From the IMG/VR virus record IMGVR_UViG_3300020188_000808, positions 62,001 to 126,000 of that record: a stretch of DNA of 64,000 nt; one strand, written 5' to 3'. Every line of letters begins with the position of its first letter. Position 1 is the first letter of the stretch. This document shows positions 36,391 to 45,635 of the stretch, in pieces. The notes beneath the pieces were generated by a model. The model did no database searches and was not told the DNA's origin. It saw only the letters and a list, made by a program, of their open reading frames with translations. A program made the position numbers and the translations under genes.

Positions 36391-37494
36391 TTATTTCAAT
36401 CCTGCAAGTCGTCTAATGTCAACAATATTATTTGTTGATTCGACGCTTACACTACTAACGTTAGTTTCTTTGTTGCCTGTGATTTCTTTTGCCTCTGACT
36501 CAGTCAATTTAGCCTTTTTCTTTTCCGGAGTCTTCCCGTCAATAACGGCAGTAATATACTTGTCAAACGAACTTTTCAATTTGTCTGTCTGTACACTTTC
36601 CAGTAAGTCATTCATAATCTCACGTTGATCCTTGCTCAAAGGACCAGTTAATTCGTGCATTACTTCTTTTCTCTTAGTCGCTTCTACAAGTTTTGCAATC
36701 TCTGCATCTCTTGTAGCAATGACTTTCTTCGCTTGTTCAGCTACACTTTTTGCTTCTTCAACTGTTTTGTCTTTCAACGCAACAACTTTCATTAGCTTAG
36801 ATGTTTCTGATTTTTCATTTAAGTAACTATTAGTATACTCATTTGCAAACGTTTCGAAAATCTTACGACCAAAATCGTTTTTACGTGCTGAATCAATATC
36901 TTCTTTCAGTGCTGTAATTTCCTTTTTAAGGCCTTTACTTACTGTTTCAGTTACTAACTCTGCACTTCTTTTAACAAAAGTAGTTTTAACTTTTGCTAAG
37001 TGTTCTTTAGCTTCACGTACTAAACGTACTTTCGTTTCAGCTAAATCACGTTTATCTTGATGGAACTCTGCAATTTCTTTTGCTAAAGCTTCTACTACAA
37101 ATTCTTCAAGTTTTCCAAATTTCTCTGATACAACTTTTTGATCTTCATGTAGTTCTCCAACTTCCTTCTTTAGCTGATCAAATACAAAACCTTTTAGCAT
37201 ACCTGCGTTTTCACGCATCGCAACAGCGTATTTTGCTCTTGCTTCTGCTAATGCTTTTCTATCTTCAGCAAATTCAGAAATTTCTTCGCTTAGTTTGTCG
37301 TTAACTAGTGAGTCAACAGCTTCAATCATCTGAGCCTTATCATGCTCATACTTTGAAGCAAACTCTTCGCGAAGTTCAGCGGTTACAGCAAGTTTATTTT
37401 CGTTAACTTGCTTGTCCCATGCCTCTTGGATGTCAGCTTTAATCTCTTCAGAAAGTACATTGTTTTCAAAAAGTGATTTCAGTGCTTCCAACAT
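36391..37494 (-). CDS. gp22: Prohead core scaffold protein, gp22-like
   Basis: 367 aa coiled coil between protease and MCP. C-terminal RRLAGLK. Confidence 0.85.
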   Translation of the reverse strand: MLEALKSLFENNVLSEEIKADIQEAWDKQVNENKLAVTAELREEFASKYEHDKAQMIEAVDSLVNDKLSEEISEFAEDRKALAEARAKYAVAMRENAGMLKGFVFDQLKKEVGELHEDQKVVSEKFGKLEEFVVEALAKEIAEFHQDKRDLAETKVRLVREAKEHLAKVKTTFVKRSAELVTETVSKGLKKEITALKEDIDSARKNDFGRKIFETFANEYTNSYLNEKSETSKLMKVVALKDKTVEEAKSVAEQAKKVIATRDAEIAKLVEATKRKEVMHELTGPLSKDQREIMNDLLESVQTDKLKSSFDKYITAVIDGKTPEKKKAKLTESEAKEITGNKETNVSSVSVESTNNIVDIRRLAGLK

Positions 37495-37507
37495 TATGGT
37501 CTCCTTA

Positions 37508-38140
37508 TTACCTTAGACCCTTGATGATATTCACCAAAGATTCTTTTAAATATTTTTGTGCCTTCGCGTCGCCTTGGACTTCTCGTGCTACATTAAGTGC
37601 CTGATACCCCCCACGGGCGTTTAGTAAATGCTCATATATTGGGGTTGGGTATGCACCCGGAGCACTTGGTTGTGCTACAACATCAACTGTGATGATTTCG
37701 TAGTCACTTACTTCACCGGAACCGTCTTCACTTACGTTTCCGCTACCTCTTGATGAAACACCTAGTTTAACTCCGCTTTCCAGCATTGTTTTAACTAAGG
37801 TGCCCATCGGTGTTGGTAAAACTTTCATTTTGCCATAACCGTTTGGTCCATCCATCCACATATCTGTGATCATATGGCTTACACGGTCTAAGTTTATGTT
37901 AAGTCCTTCTGGGTGATCAACTTCTCCAAGAACACTATATCCTCCTGTGATTTGATCGTTGAGAGTTTTGACAGCTCTACCTATCTCAGTAACAGGGTAA
38001 ACTCGCTGGTTAGCATTTTTTACACCGCCCTGGATACAAATACCTTTAAGATAAAGATCTTTGCCTCCATTCTTGTTTTCAGTAGTCTCGACGACCATAC
38101 CTGCTTGGTCGAATGTCAATGTCTCAGTTAAATTAAACAC
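37508..38140 (-). CDS. gp21: Prohead protease, gp21-like
   Basis: 210 aa. GICIQGGVKNANQRVYP, GEVDHP, LGVSSRGSG, DVVAQPSAPGAY. Confidence 0.95.
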   Translation of the reverse strand: MFNLTETLTFDQAGMVVETTENKNGGKDLYLKGICIQGGVKNANQRVYPVTEIGRAVKTLNDQITGGYSVLGEVDHPEGLNINLDRVSHMITDMWMDGPNGYGKMKVLPTPMGTLVKTMLESGVKLGVSSRGSGNVSEDGSGEVSDYEIITVDVVAQPSAPGAYPTPIYEHLLNARGGYQALNVAREVQGDAKAQKYLKESLVNIIKGLR

Positions 38141-38158
38141 CTATAAGTTCCTTAACTA

Positions 38159-39118
38159 TTAAGATCCAATAGTACTTTTACTATCAGTTCCTGTTTCGCC
38201 TGCGCCTTTTTTCTCAGCGCCGTGGCCTTTTGAGTTAGCACTCATTGACTTTGAAGCTTTTCCGCCTGGTACGTTAACGTTCCCTGCGTTATCTTCTTTA
38301 GCCGAGTCAGCTTTCCCGCCTTTTTCATCACCACCTTGTGCAATGTTACTAGCAGTTCCACCCATGTCGTTAGCGCCAGCTACTGGAGATTTGGTGTTTG
38401 CACCATTGTCGCCCATATTAGCTGTTACTTTTTCAACATACTCACGCATTTCAGTGTTGGCATCTTTTTTGCCTTCAAATGCTGGTGCTACTTCAAGATC
38501 GGCTTCAGGAGCAAATGCTTCTTCTGCCTCTTCGTCATCACCTTCGTCGTCTCCAGCGTCCATATCCATTTCTGGTTCTGCATCGCCTTCATCTTCGTCA
38601 CCGTCTTTATCAGCCATCATAGCATCAAATTCAGCTTTTAGGTCATCGAATGTGTCTTCTAAATCAGTAACTCTGTCTTCAATTTCTTCTTCGTCGCTAT
38701 CTGATTCATCACCTTCTTCGCTGTCTGCGGCAATATCTGCCATCATGTCATCAGCGGCATCGCCACCCATGTCATCTTCTGCTTCTGGTGTAATTTCGTC
38801 TACAAAGTTTTCGTCAACTTCTTCATCTGAAGATTCATCAACTTCTTCGTCAGTTGCTTCGTTAGTTTCTTCGTCGTCTGAAGATTCATCAACTTCTTCG
38901 TCAGTTGCTTCATTAGTCTCTTCATCATCTGAAGATTCATCAACTTCTTCGTCAGTTGCTTCTTCTACTTCAACTTCTTCTACATCATCTTTTAAAAGAT
39001 TTTCGTAAATATCACGTGATTTTTCAACCACAATTTCGTGAAACAGTTCTTCTGCTCCCGCTTTGTCTTCAGCAATTAGCTTTTCAAGCATTGCTTCAAA
39101 TTTGTTTTGATTAGCCAT
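38159..39118 (-). CDS. Very acidic prohead core/internal protein
   Basis: 319 aa, E/D-rich, upstream of the protease, with late promoter. Confidence 0.75.
   Translation of the reverse strand: MANQNKFEAMLEKLIAEDKAGAEELFHEIVVEKSRDIYENLLKDDVEEVEVEEATDEEVDESSDDEETNEATDEEVDESSDDEETNEATDEEVDESSDEEVDENFVDEITPEAEDDMGGDAADDMMADIAADSEEGDESDSDEEEIEDRVTDLEDTFDDLKAEFDAMMADKDGDEDEGDAEPEMDMDAGDDEGDDEEAEEAFAPEADLEVAPAFEGKKDANTEMREYVEKVTANMGDNGANTKSPVAGANDMGGTASNIAQGGDEKGGKADSAKEDNAGNVNVPGGKASKSMSANSKGHGAEKKGAGETGTDSKSTIGS
38826..38962. repeat. 51-bp tandem repeat (~2.7 copies) encoding EATDEEVDESSDDEETN
   Basis: TCTGAAGATTCATCAACTTCTTCGTCAGTTGCTTC starts at 38826, 38877 and 38928. Confidence 0.9.
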
Positions 39119-39219
39119 TTTTCTCTCCTCCTGTTGTTTAGATACGATAAGCTGTCAATTGTATTTATGGTTTTTCATTAAAAGGGTGGTTAAACCGGGC
39201 AAAACGAGCCGATTTTACA

Positions 39220-39822
39220 TTAAGATTGTAAATTCACGAATTTTTCAATGAATTCACTTACTGTGATGTGTGATAAGTTGCCCAATGGTCTTAAATTATC
39301 AGGGCAATAATCATCTTTGTTCTCTACTACTCTTATATATCTTTTTTGTATATTTTTTTGAATTATGATACCAGTCTGTCGACTCCAATTTCCGTGGTAT
39401 GTAGCACTATCTGTACTTCTTTTATAATTTTGTGTATCTGCAAACAAATTATTAATTTTGCCTTCTAGTCCTTCATAGTCAAAGCCTAGTATGTATATTT
39501 CGTTGTGATCGTGTGCTTTACCATAAGTTGCTAACCATAATGCTGTAGGCCCACTTGACCACCCTTTAGGATCGTCAAAGTAATTAAACTTATGAAATTT
39601 TTCAAATAATTTGTTTGGGTTAGTCCACACTTCGTGTTCTAATTGATATTTTGAATTGTTAATTTCTGTAACCATCTTAGTATCTACAGCAACAAGATAA
39701 TCAGGATTTAATCCTGTTCTATAAACTGCATTACATGCATATAGAGTTCCGTGTGCTTTAAGTGGTTCTAGTTGTATAGGTTTTCTTGAGGTACCATTTC
39801 CAATAACAAATGCTATTGACAT
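39220..39822 (-). CDS. DUF115/MptE-like (Maf-type) fold protein
   Basis: 200 aa. AFVIGNGTSR, YACNAVYR...PDYLVAVD, SSG...IYILGFD. Confidence 0.65.
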   Translation of the reverse strand: MSIAFVIGNGTSRKPIQLEPLKAHGTLYACNAVYRTGLNPDYLVAVDTKMVTEINNSKYQLEHEVWTNPNKLFEKFHKFNYFDDPKGWSSGPTALWLATYGKAHDHNEIYILGFDYEGLEGKINNLFADTQNYKRSTDSATYHGNWSRQTGIIIQKNIQKRYIRVVENKDDYCPDNLRPLGNLSHITVSEFIEKFVNLQS

Positions 39823-39824
39823 GA

Positions 39825-40070
39825 CTAAACAGCCTGTTCTGCGTTAGCGGCAAGTCCGTACATTTGTCTTACGAAATGTAATTCCTTGTCCTGCTCCTCT
39901 TTGTGTAAATCAGATGCTAATCTCATTTTGTTTATCTGACGTAGGGTTAAACGTGTTTTACGTGTATCGTCTTTTTTCATAATTGAATCGTCTGATTTGG
40001 GATCATAAGAGTTATTCTCAACTGGCTCTAATGTTTCTTTGTCAAAATAAAATAATTCACGTAGTATCAT
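39825..40070 (-). CDS. Small head-module protein
   Basis: 81 aa directly after portal. TRKTRLTLRQINKMR...VRQMYG. Confidence 0.7.
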   Translation of the reverse strand: MILRELFYFDKETLEPVENNSYDPKSDDSIMKKDDTRKTRLTLRQINKMRLASDLHKEEQDKELHFVRQMYGLAANAEQAV

Positions 40071-40078
40071 GCTAGTAT

Positions 40079-41815
40079 TTATACCTCTCCGCCTGGAACA
40101 GGAGCTTCTCCGCCTGTTACGGTTTCTGGTGGTGTTCCATCGCCGCCATCTTCTGGTGCCGGTGCATCTGGATCAACCGTTTCATCTTCCATTCCGCCTA
40201 GGTCTGCTTCCATACCTGCGGCACTAACTCCAGCGCCACGCATTTCGCCTGCGGCGTCTGTTGGTACTGGTGTAATATTTTCATCATTTTCTTGACGCCA
40301 TAACTTTTCGTTATCTGCAACTTCTTCTGCACTTAGTCCTAAGAAACGTTTAAGTGCAAATCTATTTGAAACATAAGGTATAGCCGCCATCTGTGTAAAC
40401 GTTCCAACTCTTGCATTGTCAAGTTCTGACTGTCTGTAACTTGCAAAGTTTTGTGGTGGTTGCATTCTTAGATCAAACATTGCTGTGTCAATGTTAATAC
40501 CTTTTTCTAATAGGTAGCGTTTAAAGTCTTGGTTAAATTGTTCTGTTAAAAGTCCTTGTAGTCTTTCGCAATAGGTGTTGAAGCGTAACTCTTGAATGTA
40601 TGCAGTACCCACTCGCCCATCTTGGAATGCACTAGAGCCATCGTCAGGCCCTGTAGGAAGATAAGAACTAGGAATACGCAAACCGCGTACCAACTTATTA
40701 GTAAAATATCTAAGATCATCAATCTCTCCTAGGTTAGTTCCACCTGGTAATGTTTCAACTTTAGATCCACGTCCTTCTGCTGTTTGCGGAAAGAAGTAAT
40801 CTTCGTTGATACTTAATGGGTTATAGCTAGAGTCAATAACATTATTTCCTCCACCTGTGCTACTTGGAATACGTCTTTGGTGTATGTCTGTTTTTACACG
40901 TTCAACAAATTGCATTGCCAAGTGTGATGGCATATTACCTACGTCAACGTAGAATACTCTACGTTCTGGTGCTCTTTGCACTCTGTAAATAATAATAGCA
41001 TCTTCTAATAATTCTTTTTGTTTGTATACTTTAAATATACTTTCTAATAAACTGTTACCAAATGGAAAGTTGTTATCTAATCCTTCTGATAAACTTAGGT
41101 GTACAATATGTTCTGCATCAACTGCAAACTCTGATTCGCCTTTTGCAAAACGCCCACCTTGTAATGCTTGGTTAGGTGCACCTGTCATTCCACGTGAACC
41201 GCCAGTCATATAACCGTCACCACCACCTGTAACATTACCATTTGTTTGTAATGGTGTAGTTGCTACATTGGAAACAAAGTTTAAGTTTACATTTTTAATA
41301 ACATACTGCTCAGGTTTTTTACCTTCTGATTCGTTAACAATAATCTTTGTAACGTTTGCAGGATCAATGTAGTGCCATTTTTTAGTTTCTGGATCTCTAA
41401 TAAAAAATGCATCGCCATACTTAAAAGTATTACGCAAAATACGGAACATTTTTGTTTCAAAGTTTTGTACTTTACACCACTGTTGTAAGTATAGTTTAAG
41501 TGTTTGTACTTCTGTGTTAGTTGCGTCTGATTTGAAATCCATAATAAATGGACTTCTATTTGAAGTATTTTTTTGTGTTGTAAATTCTGCTAAGATATCT
41601 AATGCGGCATTTACTTCACTATCGTTGTCCATAGTGTTATATTGCCCGTATCTTTCAACACGATTTGGAGAACCTACATATACATCTGGCAAGTAACTTG
41701 AATAATTTGCTTGAGCAGGACCCATACCTTGATTAGAACTTCCGCCTAATGGACTATAACTGCCGTCTCGATTAGACCCCGTTGGTACTGGTGTGAAATA
41801 GCGTTTCCAGCTCAT
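40079..41815 (-). CDS. gp20: Portal protein, gp20-like
   Basis: 578 aa. LLEDAIIIYRVQRAPERRVFYVDVGNMP, EDYFFP...GRGSKVETLPGG. Confidence 0.96.
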   Translation of the reverse strand: MSWKRYFTPVPTGSNRDGSYSPLGGSSNQGMGPAQANYSSYLPDVYVGSPNRVERYGQYNTMDNDSEVNAALDILAEFTTQKNTSNRSPFIMDFKSDATNTEVQTLKLYLQQWCKVQNFETKMFRILRNTFKYGDAFFIRDPETKKWHYIDPANVTKIIVNESEGKKPEQYVIKNVNLNFVSNVATTPLQTNGNVTGGGDGYMTGGSRGMTGAPNQALQGGRFAKGESEFAVDAEHIVHLSLSEGLDNNFPFGNSLLESIFKVYKQKELLEDAIIIYRVQRAPERRVFYVDVGNMPSHLAMQFVERVKTDIHQRRIPSSTGGGNNVIDSSYNPLSINEDYFFPQTAEGRGSKVETLPGGTNLGEIDDLRYFTNKLVRGLRIPSSYLPTGPDDGSSAFQDGRVGTAYIQELRFNTYCERLQGLLTEQFNQDFKRYLLEKGINIDTAMFDLRMQPPQNFASYRQSELDNARVGTFTQMAAIPYVSNRFALKRFLGLSAEEVADNEKLWRQENDENITPVPTDAAGEMRGAGVSAAGMEADLGGMEDETVDPDAPAPEDGGDGTPPETVTGGEAPVPGGEV

Positions 41816-41816
41816 A

Positions 41817-44462
41817 TTATGCCGCTCCTCCTAATGCATCATTCATCTGTTTTCCACCTCTAGTTTGTTTTTTAAGTTCTTCTAACATAAGTGCGTTAGT
41901 ACTATTTAACGAAACTAGCATAGAAGCACTTTTATCTTGGCTTTCATTTGATACATTTAATACTTTGGTAAATGATGCTTTGGTTTCTGCGTCCATGTTT
42001 TTGTATTCTTCGTTATATTCGGCTATTTGTTTAATTAATTCTTTAATATTTTTGGTAACTTGTTTTAAATTGGCATCGTCCATAGCTTCAACATATGCCG
42101 CAATACCTTGTAATCCATCTCCAATATTTTTAAGTCCAGCGGCATCAACATCAGCAAAAGCCTCAAGTTTTTTAGCCATAACATCTAAATTGCCATCATT
42201 ACCAAAAAAGCTACTAAAGAATTTACCGGCGCTGTCTAAAAATCCGTTACCTGTAAATGCACTAACACCTTTTTGTAAAGATTGTAATGCTGGGCCTAGG
42301 TCGCTCATAGTTTTTGGATTAATTCCTTCAAACGATTTAACACCATCTGATAATCCTTCTAATGCTCCGTCACTAATAAACGATGCAACAAGTCCGCCTT
42401 TGGCAAGTCCCATCATATTATCAGTTAATGGCCCTAATGATTTACCAACATCAAGTAATTTCTTAGCATCCATGCCTTCAAACTTTTTAACGCCGTCTGC
42501 AAGTGTGCCTACTCCGCTAGTAATCGAATCTATCAATGCGGCAATTCCGTATCCAGCTACTCCAATTCCAGCAAACGCTAGACCAATTGCAAGTACACCT
42601 GGTACTGCTAGGTTAATTGGACCTGCTAGTGCGCCAATAGCCGCCGCAACGCCAAGTAATACAGCCGCGGCACCAATGCCGCCCCACATTAATGCTTTGC
42701 CCCACTCTTCAAATTTTGTAATTATTGGGCCTAATGATTCAAACATTGATCCCATAAGTGTTCCACCTGAGCCACCTGCATCGTCGCCTGCTTCGGCGCC
42801 TGGTGAGCCTGGTGATGCTTTAGTCTTAGGCTTACCTCCAAACAAAAATCTAATTGGATCAATTAAGTATTTTGTTACTAGTTCTCCAATACTAAGTTTG
42901 CCCCAATCATCTTTGAAATTTTGAAACATATTTCCAAGGTTGTCAATTAGTATTCCTAATCGATCTGTAAATCCTTGAATTGATGTTTGTACCTTGTCAC
43001 TCTCAAACCACGTTGTTAGTTTTGACATTGCTGATTGTACTTTAGTAAATACTCCAGAATCAAGTAACGCAACCATAATTTTACTACGTACTTTCTCTAT
43101 TGCACTATCAAAGTTTGTTAGTGTTTTATTTTTAGCTGTGGTTGCATCTAGTTGTTTCTGCTGTGCATCGCTTAGTTTACCACCTACTGTACCAGCTTTT
43201 GCTAAACTAAGTGCGGCGTCATATGCAGTTACACCCATTGCGGCATATGTACCTATATTTTCTTTTTCTTGTTTAACTAACGCCTGTGCTTGAGCTATTT
43301 GCTCGTTTGTTTGTGCGGCAAACTCATCGGCTGTTATTGATCCAGATCGTAATCCTCTAGCCATTTCAGCAAACTGTGGATTTGTACGCAACAAACCTTC
43401 TGTAAATGGAGTAAGAGCTACACCGTTAGTTGCAACTAATTCAGTCATTGCATCTTTCATTTCTGGACTCATATTTTTCATCATTGCCAAAGAATTTTGT
43501 AAATTCGTTTTGACTCCTTCATCCATATTTGAAATTAATGCCTGTAATCTTTTATCAGTTGCTTGTGATTGTAATTCTTCTGCGGCTTGCTTTCTTGTCA
43601 TACCTGTAACTTTAGCAAGTTGATCAAGTTGCATAATATAATTCTGTGTGCCTTTAGCTAACTGTCTGTCAGTCATTGTGCCTAAACGGCCTTGAACTTT
43701 TTGTAATTCAATATAGTCAGCTGTAAATTCAGTTACATCTTCCATTGTCATACCCAATGCTGAAAACTGTGCTTGTGATTGCTGTACATATTTTGAAATT
43801 TTAGAAAATCTATCAGCACCTGTAGTTGCACCGCCAAACGCTAGTGCTAACATTGATGAATTTTCTTGGATTGATCCAGCTAGTGTAGCCATACTTAATC
43901 CTGCTTCAGCGGCACGTCTTTGCATAGAGAATAAATCGTCTCCAAAATCAATACCACCATTTGACAGTGATCTGTACATGTCAATTTGATTGTCAAGGAC
44001 ATTTAACATAGTTTGTCCAAATTGTCCTAAAACACCACCAACTATTGGAAACTGACTTACTAGTCCTGTAACATGCTGTCCAAAATCACTAATTCTGTTG
44101 CCACCGGCTACTAATTCTTTTCCTAGCCCGCCTACCGCTGATATAGTGTTTCCAACACCACTTAATAATCCACCACTATACCTATCTAATGTTTTAGCAA
44201 AGTTTTTAGTTTTTTGGGTAAGACTAGTAGTAGCTTTGGTTTGTTTTTGGGTAGCTTCGGTACCTTCTTGTGTGGCTTTGTTGTCTTTTTGTGCTATTCC
44301 AATACCTTTGGTCTTAACAGCATTGGCCATTTTTTCAGTAGCTGACCCACCGCCAGTACTGCCTTTTTCCATTAGTTGGACTAGTCGTTGGAGAGTAGCT
44401 TCACTAGCCGCATTGCTAGTAACTCCGTCCATTTGACCGCCTCTGTATGTGATTTCTGCCAT
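41817..44462 (-). CDS. Tape measure protein
   Basis: 881 aa, Ala/Gly/Leu-rich helical with hydrophobic stretches. Adjacent to the gp26-like gene. Confidence 0.8.
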   Translation of the reverse strand: MAEITYRGGQMDGVTSNAASEATLQRLVQLMEKGSTGGGSATEKMANAVKTKGIGIAQKDNKATQEGTEATQKQTKATTSLTQKTKNFAKTLDRYSGGLLSGVGNTISAVGGLGKELVAGGNRISDFGQHVTGLVSQFPIVGGVLGQFGQTMLNVLDNQIDMYRSLSNGGIDFGDDLFSMQRRAAEAGLSMATLAGSIQENSSMLALAFGGATTGADRFSKISKYVQQSQAQFSALGMTMEDVTEFTADYIELQKVQGRLGTMTDRQLAKGTQNYIMQLDQLAKVTGMTRKQAAEELQSQATDKRLQALISNMDEGVKTNLQNSLAMMKNMSPEMKDAMTELVATNGVALTPFTEGLLRTNPQFAEMARGLRSGSITADEFAAQTNEQIAQAQALVKQEKENIGTYAAMGVTAYDAALSLAKAGTVGGKLSDAQQKQLDATTAKNKTLTNFDSAIEKVRSKIMVALLDSGVFTKVQSAMSKLTTWFESDKVQTSIQGFTDRLGILIDNLGNMFQNFKDDWGKLSIGELVTKYLIDPIRFLFGGKPKTKASPGSPGAEAGDDAGGSGGTLMGSMFESLGPIITKFEEWGKALMWGGIGAAAVLLGVAAAIGALAGPINLAVPGVLAIGLAFAGIGVAGYGIAALIDSITSGVGTLADGVKKFEGMDAKKLLDVGKSLGPLTDNMMGLAKGGLVASFISDGALEGLSDGVKSFEGINPKTMSDLGPALQSLQKGVSAFTGNGFLDSAGKFFSSFFGNDGNLDVMAKKLEAFADVDAAGLKNIGDGLQGIAAYVEAMDDANLKQVTKNIKELIKQIAEYNEEYKNMDAETKASFTKVLNVSNESQDKSASMLVSLNSTNALMLEELKKQTRGGKQMNDALGGAA

Positions 44463-44538
44463 TTATTAAGTACCTATATAATGGAAGTTCATAAATATAC
44501 TATATGAACAACACTTATTATTTATCCGGAGAAAAACC

Positions 44539-45405
44539 ATGCCAGAAATAGAAAGAAGTGGAGCGAATCCACTACAAAAATATTTTAGGCAACCTAAAAT
44601 ATATATCAAATTACCCAGTGGTGGACAATTTTACCCTGAGGGAGCATTAGAACTAACAGAAAACGGTGAGTTGCCTGTTTATGCAATGACAGCAAGAGAT
44701 GAATTATCATTCAAAACTCCTGATGCATTACTTAACGGACAATCAACTGTTGATGTAATTCAAAGTTGCATTCCTAACATTAAGAATGCCTGGGCAATGC
44801 CTACTGTTGATATTGATACAGTACTGGTTGCTATTAGAATTGCTACCTACGGTGAAAAATTAGACCTAACAACTAGAGTTCCAAACACACAAGGGTTAGA
44901 AAGATCATTTGGTCTTGACCTAAGAATGGTGTTAGACAAATTTGCGGCTGTAGAGTTTAATGACACTATCACTATTGACGAGTTTACAATTAAATTGCGT
45001 CCTCAAACTTATAAAGAGTTTACTAGAGTTGCAACAAAAACATTTGAAGAACAACGTATTGCACAAGTAATCCAAGAAGACGATATGGATGAACAAAAGA
45101 AACTAGAAATCTTTAATACTGCATTTGAACGTTTAACTGCTATTACTATTGATATGGTTATTGATGGAGTAGTGTCTGTTCAAGTTGGTGACGATGTAGT
45201 AACTGATAGAAATCATATTGTTCAGTTTATTCAAAACGCAGATAAAAAGTTTTATGCTGGCGTTGTTGAAAATATGGAAACACAAAAAAATAAGTTTAGT
45301 TTAAAACCTATTGAAATTGAATCCACTGAAGAAGAAATTGCGGCAGGTGCTCCTAAAAAATGGGACATGCCTGTAACATTTGATCAATCAAATTTTTTCG
45401 CATAA
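44539..45405 (+). CDS. gp26: Baseplate hub assembly protein / tail chaperone, gp26-like
   Basis: 288 aa. MTARDELSFKTPDALLNG...DIDTVLVAIRIATYGE. Ends NFFA. Confidence 0.8.
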   Translation: MPEIERSGANPLQKYFRQPKIYIKLPSGGQFYPEGALELTENGELPVYAMTARDELSFKTPDALLNGQSTVDVIQSCIPNIKNAWAMPTVDIDTVLVAIRIATYGEKLDLTTRVPNTQGLERSFGLDLRMVLDKFAAVEFNDTITIDEFTIKLRPQTYKEFTRVATKTFEEQRIAQVIQEDDMDEQKKLEIFNTAFERLTAITIDMVIDGVVSVQVGDDVVTDRNHIVQFIQNADKKFYAGVVENMETQKNKFSLKPIEIESTEEEIAAGAPKKWDMPVTFDQSNFFA

Positions 45406-45435
45406 GGATAGCTTCTCAGTCTCTGGAGGATATCC
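45393..45435 (+). other. Predicted -1 ribosomal frameshift signal
   Basis: In-frame T TTT TTC heptamer (45393-45399), 6-nt spacer, ~12-bp hairpin GGATA...TATCC (45406-45435). Confidence 0.65.
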
Positions 45436-45629
45436 TAAAAGAAGTTGACAACTTAGAAAACGAGACCAAAAATTTCAAGATGGAACTATCTCGTATAGTT
45501 TGGTATATGAGAGGTAGCGTTAGTCTTGAGGAGATCTATCAGGTTGGTCCCGAAGATAGAGAAATATTTTCTAAACTTATTAAAGAGAATCTTGAAACTG
45601 CTAAGAAAACTGGTCAACCTTTTTGGTAG
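45399..45629 (+). CDS. gp51-like ORF in the -1 frame (frameshift extension of gp26-like gene)
   Basis: Open 45384-45629 with no ATG until 45480. RIRIASQSLEDILKEVD...WYMRGSVSLEEIY...PFW*. Confidence 0.6.
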   Translation, partial: RIRIASQSLEDILKEVDNLENETKNFKMELSRIVWYMRGSVSLEEIYQVGPEDREIFSKLIKENLETAKKTGQPFW

Positions 45630-45635
45630 GATCTA

